Positions 40,695-51,652 of a stretch of DNA of 64,000 nucleotides are shown here, one piece after another. Made by a program: the position numbers and the translations under genes. The stretch comes from Acidobacteriota bacterium. Its GTDB lineage: Bacteria; Acidobacteriota; UBA890; WLXD01. The stretch is from NCBI GenBank assembly GCA_963666215.2, contig CAXWPL010000002.1:416001-480000 (forward strand), written 5' to 3'. How positions within the stretch are numbered: the first letter of the stretch is position 1; each line of letters starts with the position of its first letter. Under the pieces are notes generated by a model that was not told the origin of the DNA, searched no databases, and worked only from the letters and a program-made list of their open reading frames with translations.

Positions 40695-42113
40695 GTGGGT
40701 GCCGTCTCCCTCGAGAGCGCCCTGCGGGGTAATCGGCTGGCGCTGAGCCGCGCGATCTCGTGTGTCGAGGACGGCACCGACGCCGCGCCCGGGCTCATCA
40801 AGGCCGCCTATCCGCACGCCTCGGGCGCCTGGGTGGTAGGGATTACCGGCGGGACGGGGTGCGGCAAGAGCACGCTGGTCGACGCGCTGGTGTCGCACTA
40901 TCGGTCGGCCGGCGATCGCGTAGGCGTGGTGGCGGTTGATCCCACGAGTCCCTTCAGCGGCGGTGCACTGCTCGGAGACCGTGTGCGCATGACTCGCCAC
41001 GGCACCGACCGCGATGTGTTCGTCCGTTCGATGGCCACTCGTGGCGCGTCGGGCGGCCTGGCTGCGACGACGTTCGATGTGGTGACGCTGCTGGCCGCGG
41101 CGGGAATGCAGCGGTTGATCGTCGAGACGGTGGGTGTTGGGCAAGAAGAGATCGACGTCGCCGGCGTGGCGCACACCACGTGTGTCGTGGTGACTCCGGC
41201 GGGGGGTGACGAGGTGCAGGCGATCAAGGCGGGCATCATGGAGATCGCCGACATCGTCGTGCTCAACAAGGCCGACTTGCCAGGTGCCGACCGCGCCCTG
41301 GCGCAGCTGCGCGGCGTGATCTCGCATGCACCCGACAGCAACTGGGTTCCGCCCATCGTGCGTACCCAGGCGGTCGACGGCGAGGGCATCAAAGAGCTCG
41401 CCGACGCCCTCGAGCGCCACCGCGAGTGGTGCGGTGAGGCAGGGCTGCTCGTCCAGAAAAGGCGCACCGTGGCGTCGCTGCGCCTGCGTGCGGTCTTGGC
41501 CGAACGCATCTGGGAGCGAGCCAGAGCGGCACTGGCCGACGACGGTGCAGCCGTAGGCGTGGGCGAGCGCCTCGACAGCGGTGAGATCGATCCGTATTCC
41601 GCGGCCGACGAGCTCTTGGACTCGATCGGACTCGACCGATCGTCACCCGCACCCGTGTCCATGGAGCCTGGCGGCGCTCTCTCAGGCGTTCTGCAGGCCC
41701 GTGAGCTCGACCACGTTGCGATGGCCGTACTCGACGCCGACGCCGCAGTGGCGCGCTACGGCAGGCTGCTAGGCGCCACTGTGGAACATCGCGAGACGGT
41801 CGACGATCAGGGGGTCGAGGTGATCTTCCTGCGAATGCCGGACGCGACGCGGCTCGAGCTCTTGTGCCCGCTGGGAGACGGGACGCCGGTCGGACGCTTC
41901 CTGGCCAAGCGCGGCGAGGGGTTGCATCACATTTGTTTCCGGGTCGACGACCTGCAAGCAGCGCTGACCGGAGCGGAAGCGGCGGGTGTTGCTCTGATCG
42001 ACCACAAGCCTCGCCGTGGTGCCGGCGGCTCGCTGATTGCCTTCGTGCGCCCAAGCGAGCTGGGTGGTGTCCTCGTGGAGCTCAAACAGAAGGCGGCCGC
42101 CCGGCCACGCTGA
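40695..42113 (+). CDS. meaB: Fused MeaB GTPase / methylmalonyl-CoA epimerase
   Basis: GKST, VDPTSPFSGGALLGDR.RM, ETVGVGQ, NKAD; then LDHVAMAV, LELL.P, EGLHHICF, VLVEL. Confidence 0.9.
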   Translation: MGAVSLESALRGNRLALSRAISCVEDGTDAAPGLIKAAYPHASGAWVVGITGGTGCGKSTLVDALVSHYRSAGDRVGVVAVDPTSPFSGGALLGDRVRMTRHGTDRDVFVRSMATRGASGGLAATTFDVVTLLAAAGMQRLIVETVGVGQEEIDVAGVAHTTCVVVTPAGGDEVQAIKAGIMEIADIVVLNKADLPGADRALAQLRGVISHAPDSNWVPPIVRTQAVDGEGIKELADALERHREWCGEAGLLVQKRRTVASLRLRAVLAERIWERARAALADDGAAVGVGERLDSGEIDPYSAADELLDSIGLDRSSPAPVSMEPGGALSGVLQARELDHVAMAVLDADAAVARYGRLLGATVEHRETVDDQGVEVIFLRMPDATRLELLCPLGDGTPVGRFLAKRGEGLHHICFRVDDLQAALTGAEAAGVALIDHKPRRGAGGSLIAFVRPSELGGVLVELKQKAAARPR

Positions 42114-42169
42114 TCGGCAGCGGGCCTGCGCAACGCCGGTGAAAGTTGGCGCCGAACGACCCGTCTAGG

Positions 42170-43212
42170 TGTGTTTTCTAAGTAGGTTGTTCACATCGGG
42201 GCTCACTTCTGAGATCAATGGGGTTGTTCAAAAGACTCCACGACCTCAGAAGGAGCGCCCGATGCAGCTGCATGGTAACGCCCGCACGACGCCGTATATA
42301 CGCCGAGAGATGGTCCGCCGAGTCCGGGAGCGGGCGGAGCCCGTGACGGAAACGGCGGCGGCGCTCGGCGTGTCGGCTCGAACGGTTTACAAGTGGCTGG
42401 ATAGATACGAGCGAGAAGGTGAGGCCGGGCTGCTCGATCGATCAAGCCGGCCGACGTGCTGTCCGCACGCAACAAGCGCTGGAGTTGTGAGGCAGATCGA
42501 CAAGCTACGTCGGCGGCGACTGACGGCCTGGCAGATCAGCCGAAGGTTGGCTGTGCCGCGCTCGACCGTCTCGGCGTGGCTGAAGCGGCTCGGACTCGCC
42601 AAGCTTGATGCGCTCGAGCCCAAGCCCGAGATCGTTCGCTACGAGTACGAGCACCCCGGTGACCTACTGCACCTGGATACGAAGAAACTGGCCCGTATCC
42701 GGCGACCTGGACACCGCATCCACGGCGACCGCTCCAAGCGGGCCTACGGCGTCGGCTGGGAGAACGCCCACGTCGCTATCGACGATCACTCTCGGGTGGC
42801 GTACGTCGAAGTGCTGCCCGCCGAAGACCAACACACCTGCACAGCGTTCCTGCAGCGAGCCGTCGAGCACTTCGCTTCGATGGGAGTAGCGGTGCGCCGA
42901 GTGATGACAGACAACGGGCCTGGCTACGTCTCGAAGCGCTTCAATCGCCTATGCCATCAACTCGAGATCCGGCACATTTACACCCGGCCCTACACCCCCA
43001 GAACCAACGGCAAAGCCGAACGCTTCATCCGCACACTCAAGGAGCAGTGGGCCTACGGCACCTGCTACCAGACCTCAGCTCGACGTACTCGAGCTCTACG
43101 GCCCTGGCTCAACCACTACAATCGTCACCGTCCCCACGCCGGCATCGGCATGACACCGCCGATCGCTCGGCTCTCAGGGGTGAGTTCGTGAACAACCTAC
43201 CTAGAACTCACA
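42170..43212 (+). mobile_element. IS481-family insertion sequence, copy 2 (1043 bp)
   Basis: Same ends and protein as copy 1; TSD TCTAGG (42164-42169 / 43213-43218). Confidence 0.95.
42262..43191 (+). CDS. IS481-family DDE transposase
   Basis: Translation identical to 12583-13512. Confidence 0.95.
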   Translation: MQLHGNARTTPYIRREMVRRVRERAEPVTETAAALGVSARTVYKWLDRYEREGEAGLLDRSSRPTCCPHATSAGVVRQIDKLRRRRLTAWQISRRLAVPRSTVSAWLKRLGLAKLDALEPKPEIVRYEYEHPGDLLHLDTKKLARIRRPGHRIHGDRSKRAYGVGWENAHVAIDDHSRVAYVEVLPAEDQHTCTAFLQRAVEHFASMGVAVRRVMTDNGPGYVSKRFNRLCHQLEIRHIYTRPYTPRTNGKAERFIRTLKEQWAYGTCYQTSARRTRALRPWLNHYNRHRPHAGIGMTPPIARLSGVSS

Positions 43213-44540
43213 TCTAGGGCGACCTGAACGGTTGCCGGCTCTAGCGATTCTCTGCAGAACCGATCGCCTGCTCGGGGGGGGCGTTCGGCGGCCCTGAGCA
43301 ACTGCAGCGATCCGCTGCTATCGGCGACGATCACACCTTCGGGACTCAACCCCGGCCGCAGCTCGAGGCGTCCGTCGGCGCTGATGGTGAAACTGGTGGG
43401 GCTGCCGGGATCGGATGGACTCCGGGCGGCCAGAGGCGCGCGAACAAAGGTCCAATCGCCGTCGACCGGGCTGGCGATGACCCACGGGCCCCAGCTGACG
43501 AGATCTATGTACGAACGCGACTCGATCTTGGCGCGGAACAACTGACTGCCACCCCTGGTGCTGAAGCCGCGGACGATGGCGTCGAGCGCGGAGACCCACA
43601 CCACGTCGCCGATCACTGTCGGCGCCGTAGCCAGCTCGATGCCGAGCCCGTTACTGCTCCAGACGCGGGCCCCATCGATGAGACGTACGGCGTGCAGCCT
43701 CTGGTCGGTGCCGGAGTAGTAAACGCGCTCTCCGTCGATGGCGACGCGCAGCGGCTGCACGTTGGCCGGTCCCTGATCCTGATCCGCGTCGACAGTCCAG
43801 AGCGACCCGCCGTCGAGCGTTCTCAGCGCGTGCAGCCGGCCCGAGGAGGTGGTGACGATGGCGATCGCTCCGTCGGGGCTGATCGAGAGGGCGCTCGCCA
43901 GCGGAATCGCATGTTCCCAGATCGGAGGGCTTGGGTGTGCGGGTTGCGCTGGAGGAGGGGCCACCGCGTCGGCAGCCGCCTGCTCCAGGGCGGCCTCGTC
44001 GGCAGCAACGACCTCCAGCCCGGGCTGGTAAAGCGTCACGCCGAACGTGTTGATCTGCAGCAGGCGCGTGGCGCCGACGATCAGGGCATCGATGGGCGGC
44101 TCGGTGAGCCGAATCAGCGAGTCGACGCGGCCGTCGAAACCGAGAATCTCCCAGCGGTTAGCGACGGCGATTGCCACACCTGACGCCAGTGGGAGGGGCG
44201 GCAGCAGCGGTGGACTCGAGAAGTCAGCGGTCCAGCGCGGGGTTCCGTCGCTCAATCGATAGGTTCGGAGCACCGTCCCATACACGGCGTAGACGTGGTG
44301 TCCGTCAATCCCCGGCGCCAGCGACAGCGGGTCGGGCTCTTCCGGCGACAGCGTCCATTCGGCTCGCAGCACCGCCGGCTCGATCTCATCCGGATCGACG
44401 GCGGTCGGCACAGGGGCGAGGGGATCGTCGAACGCCAGGTTGCCTCCGCAGCCCGACATCGCGCTGGTCAGGAGCGCTGTGCAGCCGATCATGATGGCGC
44501 CGAGCGAGCTCAGTTGTCCCCGGAAAGCTCGCAGCATCAT
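43197..44540 (-). CDS. PQQ-like beta-propeller lipoprotein (BamB-like)
   Basis: MSGC lipobox, repeated L.A...G...W blades; ATGA overlap with nadK stop. Confidence 0.75.
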   Translation of the reverse strand: MMLRAFRGQLSSLGAIMIGCTALLTSAMSGCGGNLAFDDPLAPVPTAVDPDEIEPAVLRAEWTLSPEEPDPLSLAPGIDGHHVYAVYGTVLRTYRLSDGTPRWTADFSSPPLLPPLPLASGVAIAVANRWEILGFDGRVDSLIRLTEPPIDALIVGATRLLQINTFGVTLYQPGLEVVAADEAALEQAAADAVAPPPAQPAHPSPPIWEHAIPLASALSISPDGAIAIVTTSSGRLHALRTLDGGSLWTVDADQDQGPANVQPLRVAIDGERVYYSGTDQRLHAVRLIDGARVWSSNGLGIELATAPTVIGDVVWVSALDAIVRGFSTRGGSQLFRAKIESRSYIDLVSWGPWVIASPVDGDWTFVRAPLAARSPSDPGSPTSFTISADGRLELRPGLSPEGVIVADSSGSLQLLRAAERPPRAGDRFCRESLEPATVQVALDVSSR

Positions 44541-45430
44541 GAGTCGCCCCATCGCAACTTCGTGCGCAACATGTCGAAATAGGATCGAGGCACCGGCTGC
44601 AGTAGGTCGAGGTGGTGTGGGCTGCGACGAACGTTGACGTTGTGGCGCGGGCCAATCGGCAGTCCTTCCTGTCCGTCGAGAGTCAGGATCAGATCCTGGT
44701 CGGACGAGGCGAGGGCCAGGTCGATTGAAGCCGAGCCCGGTACGACGAGCGGCCGATTGGTCAGCGTGTGTGGACAGATCGGCGTAACGAGAATCGCGTC
44801 GACGTCGGGCATGACGATCGGGCCGCCGGCCGCCAGCGAGTAGGCGGTTGAACCGGTGGCGCTCGAGACAATCAGGCCGTCGGCGCGGAAGTTCGAGACG
44901 TACTGATTGTCGATATGCGCGCGTAGCTCCACGATGCGCGCCAGATCGGTCTTGTTGATGACCGCGTCGTTGAGCACGTCGCGTACGGTTCGCTGGCCGT
45001 CGGGGGCACGGACCTCGGCGCGAAGCATCAACCGTCGACTGACGGCGTAGTCGCCAGCGAGAATCGACTCCAGAGCACTGCGCAGCTCTTCCTTGGGCGT
45101 CGCGGTAAGAAAGCCCATGCTGCCGAAGTTGACGCCGAAGATCGGCACCTCGGCTACCGCGGCCTCGCGGGCCACCGACAGCAGGGTCCCATCGCCACCG
45201 AGCACGATGACCAGATCGACGGCGGCAGGCAGGTCGGCACGCGTGGTGGTCACGATCCTGTTGTGTCGGTCGTGATGCTCGCCCAGGAGCTCCGCGGCCT
45301 CGGTGCCGCACACGACGTCGTGTCCGGTCTCCTCGAGGTACTCGACCAGATCACCGAGGTCCGCGGCGAGATCGGGGTGCTTGGGCTTGGCAACCAGGCC
45401 GACGGTCTGGAACTTCGGTCGATCGCTCAA
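44537..45430 (-). CDS. nadK: NAD kinase
   Basis: LGGDGTLL, GVNFG.MGFL, GSTAYSLAAGGP; TTGA coupling with tlyA. Confidence 0.95.
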   Translation of the reverse strand: MSDRPKFQTVGLVAKPKHPDLAADLGDLVEYLEETGHDVVCGTEAAELLGEHHDRHNRIVTTTRADLPAAVDLVIVLGGDGTLLSVAREAAVAEVPIFGVNFGSMGFLTATPKEELRSALESILAGDYAVSRRLMLRAEVRAPDGQRTVRDVLNDAVINKTDLARIVELRAHIDNQYVSNFRADGLIVSSATGSTAYSLAAGGPIVMPDVDAILVTPICPHTLTNRPLVVPGSASIDLALASSDQDLILTLDGQEGLPIGPRHNVNVRRSPHHLDLLQPVPRSYFDMLRTKLRWGDS

Positions 45431-46350
45431 GCGGATCCCCTCCGGCTCGACGCTGGCGCCGCCGCTTGTCCGTCTGACACAGCGAGCGGCGCCGGTGGCT
45501 TGGAGGCTGCGAGCGCGCCGCCGATCTCGATCTTGGCCTGGTGATCGTCGGGGATCGCGAGTTCGTCGATGATCTCGTCGGCAGATGCGGATTCCGTCGC
45601 TTCTGAGCGCCGCAGGTGTAGGAAGCACTCCCAGTTGCCGGCCGGTCCACGCAGCGGGCTCGGGGCTGCGGCCACGAGGCTCCATCCCGACTCGGCGGCG
45701 CTCTCGGCGACCCGCTGTAGAACGCTCCGGCGCACGCTTTCTCTCCGTACGACCCCGCCCTTGCCGACCTGCCCCGCACCGGCTTCGAACTGCGGCTTCA
45801 CCAGCAGCAGCATCTCGGCGTCGCTCGCGCCCACCGCGGTAAGTGCGGGCAGCAACTTGGTGGCGCTGATGAACGCCACGTCGACAACGATGAGACTGGG
45901 TCGTTCGGGCGTCGGGAGCATGTCTATCGTCAGGTGGCGCGCGTTGGTGCGCTCGACCACGGCGACACGCTCGTCGTTGCGCAACCGCCAGTCGAGCTGC
46001 CCGTAGCCGACGTCAACGGCAACAACATGTCGAGCACCCGCCTGCAGCAGGCAATCGGTGAAGCCGCCGGTGGAGGCGCCAGCGTCGAGGCACATCCGAC
46101 CACTGGGGTCGACACCGGTGGTCTCGATCGCCCCTGCGAGCTTGTCGCCGCCGCGGCTCACGAATCGTGGCCCTTCGGTAACCGCCGTGGAGTCCTTGGA
46201 TCGAATCAGCATTCCCGCCTTGCTGGCCGGCTCGCCGTTGACGCGAACACGACCGGCGAGAATCAGGCGCCGCGCGAGGCTGCGGCTCGCCACCTGCTCG
46301 CGCTCCAGCAGCGCCTGGTCGAGTCGGCAGCTGACCTTTGCGTCGCTCAC
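45427..46350 (-). CDS. tlyA: TlyA-family rRNA methyltransferase
   Basis: S4 domain, FVSRGG.KL, GASTGGFTD, DVGYGQL, LVKPQFE. Confidence 0.95.
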   Translation of the reverse strand: MSDAKVSCRLDQALLEREQVASRSLARRLILAGRVRVNGEPASKAGMLIRSKDSTAVTEGPRFVSRGGDKLAGAIETTGVDPSGRMCLDAGASTGGFTDCLLQAGARHVVAVDVGYGQLDWRLRNDERVAVVERTNARHLTIDMLPTPERPSLIVVDVAFISATKLLPALTAVGASDAEMLLLVKPQFEAGAGQVGKGGVVRRESVRRSVLQRVAESAAESGWSLVAAAPSPLRGPAGNWECFLHLRRSEATESASADEIIDELAIPDDHQAKIEIGGALAASKPPAPLAVSDGQAAAPASSRRGSA

Positions 46351-47291
46351 GCGCGGCGCTCGACGATCAGGTTGGCCAGCGCATGTAGGTGTTGTGCGGC
46401 GCCCCCGAACGGCGCGAGAAGCTCCAGGGCCTGGTCGCGCAGGTCTTCCGCCTCGCGTCGCGCCCCGTCGAGGCCCAGGTGGGTTACGAATGTTGGTTGG
46501 TCGCGCCCGCTGTCGCTTCCCGGCGGTTTGCCGAGCTCTTCGAGCGTGCCCTCGACGTCGAGAAGGTCGTCCACCACCTGGAACGCGAGACCGACGGTAC
46601 GGCCGAAGCCGGCCAGGCGAGCCGTGGCGTCCGCATCGGCGCCGGCCAGCAGGGCGCCGGCCTCGGTCGAAGCGGCGAGCAGGGCGCCCGTCTTGGCGGC
46701 GTGCACCGACCGCAAATCTTCAAACTCGAGTGCCCGGCCGCTGGCCTCGATATCGAGACACTGGCCGCCGCACATGCCGATGCTGCCCGCCGCCCGCGCG
46801 ATCGCGGCGCTTGCCGCGAGCCAACGCCGCGGGTGTTCGAGCGCCGCGGCCGCGCACGTGAGTTGCTCGAATGCCAGTGTCTGCAGTGCATCGCCGGCGA
46901 GGATCGCGACGGCGTCGCCGAAGAGCTTGTGGCAGGTGGGTCGGCCGCGGCGCAGATCGTCGTCGTCGAACGCCGGCAGGTCGTCGTGGATCAGCGAGTA
47001 CGTGTGGATGAGCTCGAGCGCCGCTGCCGCCGGCAACAGCGGTTCCAGATCGTCCTCGAATATCTCGGCGGTTGCCAGCAGTAGCAGGGGGCGAATGCGC
47101 TTACCGCCGGCGAAAACGGAGTGACGCATGGCGCTATGGAGCGTCGCCGGCTCCGAGGCCGCTGGCGGCAGGGCGCGATCGAGCCAGCCGTCGACAGCTT
47201 CGCGAGCGTGCTGCGCGAATTCGTCGAGAGAAGCTCGATCGGCCGACAGTGTCGTCACCGCCCCGCGGGTGTCGCGATCGACTTCGTCCAT
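46347..47291 (-). CDS. ispA: Geranyl/farnesyl diphosphate synthase
   Basis: GGKRIRP, HDDLP..D.DD.RRG, FQVVDDLLD. Confidence 0.93.
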   Translation of the reverse strand: MDEVDRDTRGAVTTLSADRASLDEFAQHAREAVDGWLDRALPPAASEPATLHSAMRHSVFAGGKRIRPLLLLATAEIFEDDLEPLLPAAAALELIHTYSLIHDDLPAFDDDDLRRGRPTCHKLFGDAVAILAGDALQTLAFEQLTCAAAALEHPRRWLAASAAIARAAGSIGMCGGQCLDIEASGRALEFEDLRSVHAAKTGALLAASTEAGALLAGADADATARLAGFGRTVGLAFQVVDDLLDVEGTLEELGKPPGSDSGRDQPTFVTHLGLDGARREAEDLRDQALELLAPFGGAAQHLHALANLIVERRA

Positions 47292-47311
47292 GGCCTGCCA
47301 GCCGCTAGCCG

Positions 47312-47608
47312 CTAACCATCGCTAGCGACGAGATCGGGCTCCGGCAGAGGCTCGACGATCGGTGTGCCGTCGAGGTCGCGGGTGAGATGCTCGAGCCGCT
47401 GCTCGACATCAGAGAGTCGGCCGCGGCAATGCGTGAACAGACCCACAGCGCGCTCGTAGAGCTCGAGGGCCCGTTCGAGTGGCAGATCGCCTTCCTCGAG
47501 TCGCTCGGCGAGTCCTTCGAGCTGCAGCAGCGCCTCGTCGAAGGCCAGCTCATCGGGCTCGTCGGCGTCGCTGGTCTCTTTCAGCAGATCGGGTTGGCGG
47601 TCGGGCAC
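47312..47608 (-). CDS. xseB: Exodeoxyribonuclease VII small subunit
   Basis: FDEAL.QLE....LE.GDLPLE.AL..YE. Confidence 0.92.
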   Translation of the reverse strand: MPDRQPDLLKETSDADEPDELAFDEALLQLEGLAERLEEGDLPLERALELYERAVGLFTHCRGRLSDVEQRLEHLTRDLDGTPIVEPLPEPDLVASDG

Positions 47609-47713
47609 AGCGGCTAGCTCCGTGGACGGGTGTGGATGGGAAGGGGATGCTACAACGGGCCGCTGAGAGCAACAATTTGCCTGTCGCTCTCGTGGCCGTA
47701 CAAGTGCGGCTGG

Positions 47714-49183
47714 CTACGTATTCGAGCCCGGTAGCGAAGTGGTGGCTTCAGCGACCGGCTCATGATCGATCACCCTGCAGGGCAACGTCCCTCGGTACAG
47801 TCGCACGTCTACGCGCTCGCCGGCGCTGACGGTGGCCGAATCACGTAGGATTCGCCCGGTGGAGCGGCTGCGACAGATGGAATAGCCGCGTCCGAGCACG
47901 GCCAGTGGGCTCAGCGCGTTGACCCGCGCGGCGAGCCCGGCGAGACTCTCCCGCGCCCGGTGCTGGTTGGCTCGGACGGCACGCTCAACCCGCACGACGT
48001 CGGCCTCCAGTCGCCGGGCGTAACGTCGCGCCAGCGCGGCGGGGGCGTGCTGGCGAGCGATGGCCGCGACATCTGTTAGCCGTCGTTGGCGATCGCCGAC
48101 CAAGCGGGCGACGGCGGCGTCGACCCGTGCGGCGGCCGCTTCGGTGCGCGTTCGCAGCCGTGCCCAGCGGCGGTCGGGCGGCTGCACAGCGGCGATCACC
48201 GACGGTGCGCGAAGCCGCACCCTGGCGGCATCGATGCGTCGCCGCCCGCTGGCACGCACCCGGCGGCCGAGGGCTTCGAGCCGGTTCGCCAACTCGATGC
48301 CGCTCGGCGCGACAATCTCGGCGGCCGCCGTGGGGGTTGCCGCGCGGCGATCGGCGACGAGATCGGCGATCGTGATGTCGGTTTCGTGGCCGACCGCACT
48401 GATCACCGGCACGCCGCAGGCGGCGATGGCACGAGCGACGACCTCCTCGTTGAACGCCCAGAGCTCCTCGCGTGATCCGCCGCCGCGCGCCAGCACGATC
48501 AGCTCGACGCCTGCGGTCGACTCGAGCAGCTCGAGCGCCGTGACGATCTGCGCCCCAGCATGCTCTCCCTGCACGGCGGCCGGGCTGAGCACCACCGACA
48601 ACCCGACACGGCGTCGGCGCCAGGTACGCACCATGTCGCGCCAAGCGGCCCCGGACGGGGAGGTGACAACGCCGATCCGACGCGGCAGCTTCGGCAGGTC
48701 ACGCTTGCGCTCGGGCGCGAACAGGCCATCCGCCTCGAGTCGTGCCTTGAGTTGCTCGAAGGCCAGCTGCAACGAGCCGGCTCCAACGGGTTCGATTAGC
48801 TCGGCGATCAGCTGGAACTTGCCGCGTGGCTCATACAACGTGAGGCGGCCGCAGACGATGATCTCGAGTCCGTTCTCGGGCTCGAACGGCACCGCACGGT
48901 TCGCCGAGCGGAACATCGCCGCCGGCAGCACGCCATCATCATCCTTGAGACTGAAGTACCAGTGGCCGCTGCGGTGTTGCTTGAGATCGGAGATCTCGCC
49001 CTGCACCCACAGCAGCGGATACGCCAGCTCGAGGCCTTGGCGAACGTCGGAGAGCAGCTCGCCTACGGGCCAGATCCTACGGGCGGGGCGGCGAGGTCTG
49101 TCGCGCGAAGGCACCGCGGGCCCCGAGGTTCCCGAGATTCCCGCGAGCCGCAAGCTCGGGTCTATGCCGCCATCGCGAGGCAC
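47714..49183 (-). CDS. xseA: Exodeoxyribonuclease VII large subunit
   Basis: SGHWYFSLKD, RGGGS, SAVGHETD, TPTAAA, L.RGYS. Confidence 0.95.
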   Translation of the reverse strand: MPRDGGIDPSLRLAGISGTSGPAVPSRDRPRRPARRIWPVGELLSDVRQGLELAYPLLWVQGEISDLKQHRSGHWYFSLKDDDGVLPAAMFRSANRAVPFEPENGLEIIVCGRLTLYEPRGKFQLIAELIEPVGAGSLQLAFEQLKARLEADGLFAPERKRDLPKLPRRIGVVTSPSGAAWRDMVRTWRRRRVGLSVVLSPAAVQGEHAGAQIVTALELLESTAGVELIVLARGGGSREELWAFNEEVVARAIAACGVPVISAVGHETDITIADLVADRRAATPTAAAEIVAPSGIELANRLEALGRRVRASGRRRIDAARVRLRAPSVIAAVQPPDRRWARLRTRTEAAAARVDAAVARLVGDRQRRLTDVAAIARQHAPAALARRYARRLEADVVRVERAVRANQHRARESLAGLAARVNALSPLAVLGRGYSICRSRSTGRILRDSATVSAGERVDVRLYRGTLPCRVIDHEPVAEATTSLPGSNT

Positions 49184-49187
49184 GTGA

Positions 49188-50087
49188 CTACAACTCCGGT
49201 GCGTGCAGTGGGCCTGGGGGATCGAGAATTGACTCGATGCCGGTGGCGCGACCCGTTTCAGGGTCGATCTCGACAAGCGCGCCGGCGAGCCGCACGTTGC
49301 CGCCACCCACCTGGAATCGCACCGGCCGCGCGGTGAGCATGCGCTCGAGCGCCAGGTCGGGCCGTGTGCCGATGATCGAGTCGTAGGGACCGCTCATGCC
49401 GACGTCGGTGCAGTACGCCGTGCCGCCGGGCAGTAGGCGGGCGTCGGCAGTGGGGACGTGGGTGTGGGTGCCGAGCACCGCCGAGACTCTACCGTCGGCG
49501 TGCCAACCCATGGCCAACTTTTCCGACGTGGCTTCGGCGTGCATGTCGACGAGGATGACCTGAGCGCGGTCGCCGATCTCCTCCAGCGCCCGTTCGAGAC
49601 CGGTGAATGGGCAGTCGATCGGCTGCATGAACACGCGCCCCTGGAGATTGATCACCGCCACAGGAACGCCACGGCGACTGCGGCCGATGAAGACACCGGA
49701 TCCTGGTGGTCCGAAGGCGCCGCTGTTTGCTGGCGGGGTAGGGAAGTTGTCGGGCCGGAGCAGCCGCGGCTCCTTGTGGAGGTAGTCGACGATTGCTTGC
49801 TTGGCCCATACGTGATTACCCGTGGTGAGCACATCCACACCGCAGGCGAACAGCTGGTCGGCGATTTCCGGGGTGACTCCGCGGCCGCCGGCGGCGTTCT
49901 CGCAGTTGACCACGGTGAAATCGGCCCGCGTGCGTCGCTGCAGTCCGGCAAGGCGCTCGACCATGTGCCGCTGGCCTGCTTTGCCGACGATGTCTCCCAG
50001 AAAGAGAAGGCGCAGAGTTGAGGGCGCTCTCTCTTCCGCTGGGCTCGCGCCTGAGGAACCGGCTTCACCCTCTTCGTGTTCAGTCAA
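49188..50087 (-). CDS. ymdB: YmdB-family metallophosphoesterase
   Basis: [35 protein letters not shown]. Confidence 0.93.
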   Translation of the reverse strand: MTEHEEGEAGSSGASPAEERAPSTLRLLFLGDIVGKAGQRHMVERLAGLQRRTRADFTVVNCENAAGGRGVTPEIADQLFACGVDVLTTGNHVWAKQAIVDYLHKEPRLLRPDNFPTPPANSGAFGPPGSGVFIGRSRRGVPVAVINLQGRVFMQPIDCPFTGLERALEEIGDRAQVILVDMHAEATSEKLAMGWHADGRVSAVLGTHTHVPTADARLLPGGTAYCTDVGMSGPYDSIIGTRPDLALERMLTARPVRFQVGGGNVRLAGALVEIDPETGRATGIESILDPPGPLHAPEL

Positions 50088-51652
50088 TGCGCGATCCCCA
50101 CCGCTCGGGTCTCGCGGATGACGGTAACTTTGATCTCTCCGGGATACTGGACTTCACGCTGAATACGGTGCGCGATGTCGCGCGACAGCCACACCGACTC
50201 GTCGTCACTCACCTTGGCCGACTCCACGATGATGCGCAGCTCGCGGCCTGCCTGAATGGCGTATGCCTTGGCGACGCCGCGGAAGGAGTCGGCGATCTCC
50301 TCGAGCTTGTGCAGTCGTTTGACGTACGTCTCGAGCATGTCGCGTCGAGCACCCGGGCGCGCCGCCGAAAGTCCGTCCGCCGCCTGCACCAGCACGGCCT
50401 CGACGGTTGCCGGCTCAACGTCGAAGTGATGCGCCTCCATCGCTTGGATGACTTCCTTGCACTCACCGTGCTTGCGCAGCAGATTGATGCCGATCGTCAG
50501 GTGGGTGCCTTCGACCTCCTGGTCGATTGCCTTTCCGATGTCGTGCAGCAACCCGCCGCGTCGCGCCACATGCTCGTCGAGGCCGAGCTCGGCCGCCATG
50601 ATGCCGGCGATGGTCGCCACTTCAACGGAGTGACGGAGGACGTTCTGACCGTACGAGGTGCGGAACTTCAGCCTGCCGAGTAGCCGGGTGAGCTCTGGCG
50701 CAAGGTCGTGGATGGCGCACTCGGCGGCCGCGGCCACGCCTTCGGCGAGGATCTGTTCCTCCATCTCCTCGCGGACCCTATCGATCACCTCCTCGATGCG
50801 TGCCGGATGAATCCGGCCGTCGGCGACCAGTCGTTCGAGGCCGAGCTTGGCGACCTCACGGCGATAGGGGTCGAAGCTCGAGATCAGAACGGCCTCGGGA
50901 GTGTCGTCGACGATCAGGTTGACGCCGGTCATCATCTCGAAGGCGCGGATGTTGCGTCCCTCGCGGCCGATGACGCGCCCCTTCATGTCGTCGGAGGGGA
51001 GCTGGGCGACGCTGACCGTGGTTTCGGCCACGTAGTTGCTGGCGCACCGCTGAATGGCCATCGAGATGATCCGCTGCGCCTCGCGGTTTGCTTTCTGCCG
51101 CGCGCGCTCCTCGATCTCGTGCGCGAGCCGTACGGCCTCCTCTTTGGCGTCCCGGGTCATCTCGCGCACCAGATCTGCCTTGGCATCGTCGCGGTTCAGT
51201 CGCGCGGCACGCTCCATTCGACCGATCGCCTCGTCACGGTGCAGAGCCGCCTCTTGCTTGAGCAGGTTCGCGTCGCGCTCGATCTCCGAGATGCGATCGG
51301 TATGCCGTTTGAGCTTGCGCTCACGCTCCTCGAGCTTGTTGGCGCGTGCCTCGAGCCTTTCCTGGCGCTCGTGGATGCGGCGCTCGGCCTCGGCCATCTC
51401 GCGCCGCCGCTCCCGGCTTTCCTGTTCGAACTCCTGCTGCTGTGCAACCAGCTCCTCACGTCCCTCGACGCGTGCCTCTTTGAGGACTGTTTCGGCTCCG
51501 CGGCGGGCCTCTTCCAGCACCTGATCGGCGTCGCGCCGCGCGCTTTCGACGAGTGTCGCGCCGACGCGGTTGCGTGTAAGTAGCCAGGCGATGAAAAAGA
51601 GGAAACCGACGGCGGCCGCCGCTCCGGCGCTGAGCCAGACGGTGCTGGGCAT
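50084..51652 (-). CDS. rny: Ribonuclease Y
   Basis: N-terminal TM, coiled coil, [13 protein letters not shown] (KH), LLHDIGK (HD), SAARPGAR. Confidence 0.97.
   Translation of the reverse strand: MPSTVWLSAGAAAAVGFLFFIAWLLTRNRVGATLVESARRDADQVLEEARRGAETVLKEARVEGREELVAQQQEFEQESRERRREMAEAERRIHERQERLEARANKLEERERKLKRHTDRISEIERDANLLKQEAALHRDEAIGRMERAARLNRDDAKADLVREMTRDAKEEAVRLAHEIEERARQKANREAQRIISMAIQRCASNYVAETTVSVAQLPSDDMKGRVIGREGRNIRAFEMMTGVNLIVDDTPEAVLISSFDPYRREVAKLGLERLVADGRIHPARIEEVIDRVREEMEEQILAEGVAAAAECAIHDLAPELTRLLGRLKFRTSYGQNVLRHSVEVATIAGIMAAELGLDEHVARRGGLLHDIGKAIDQEVEGTHLTIGINLLRKHGECKEVIQAMEAHHFDVEPATVEAVLVQAADGLSAARPGARRDMLETYVKRLHKLEEIADSFRGVAKAYAIQAGRELRIIVESAKVSDDESVWLSRDIAHRIQREVQYPGEIKVTVIRETRAVGIAH

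Noticed and set aside
44553-45311. N-terminal part of the 704-aa ORF
   Set aside because: Alternative frame overlapping nadK; the lipoprotein signal starts near 44540.
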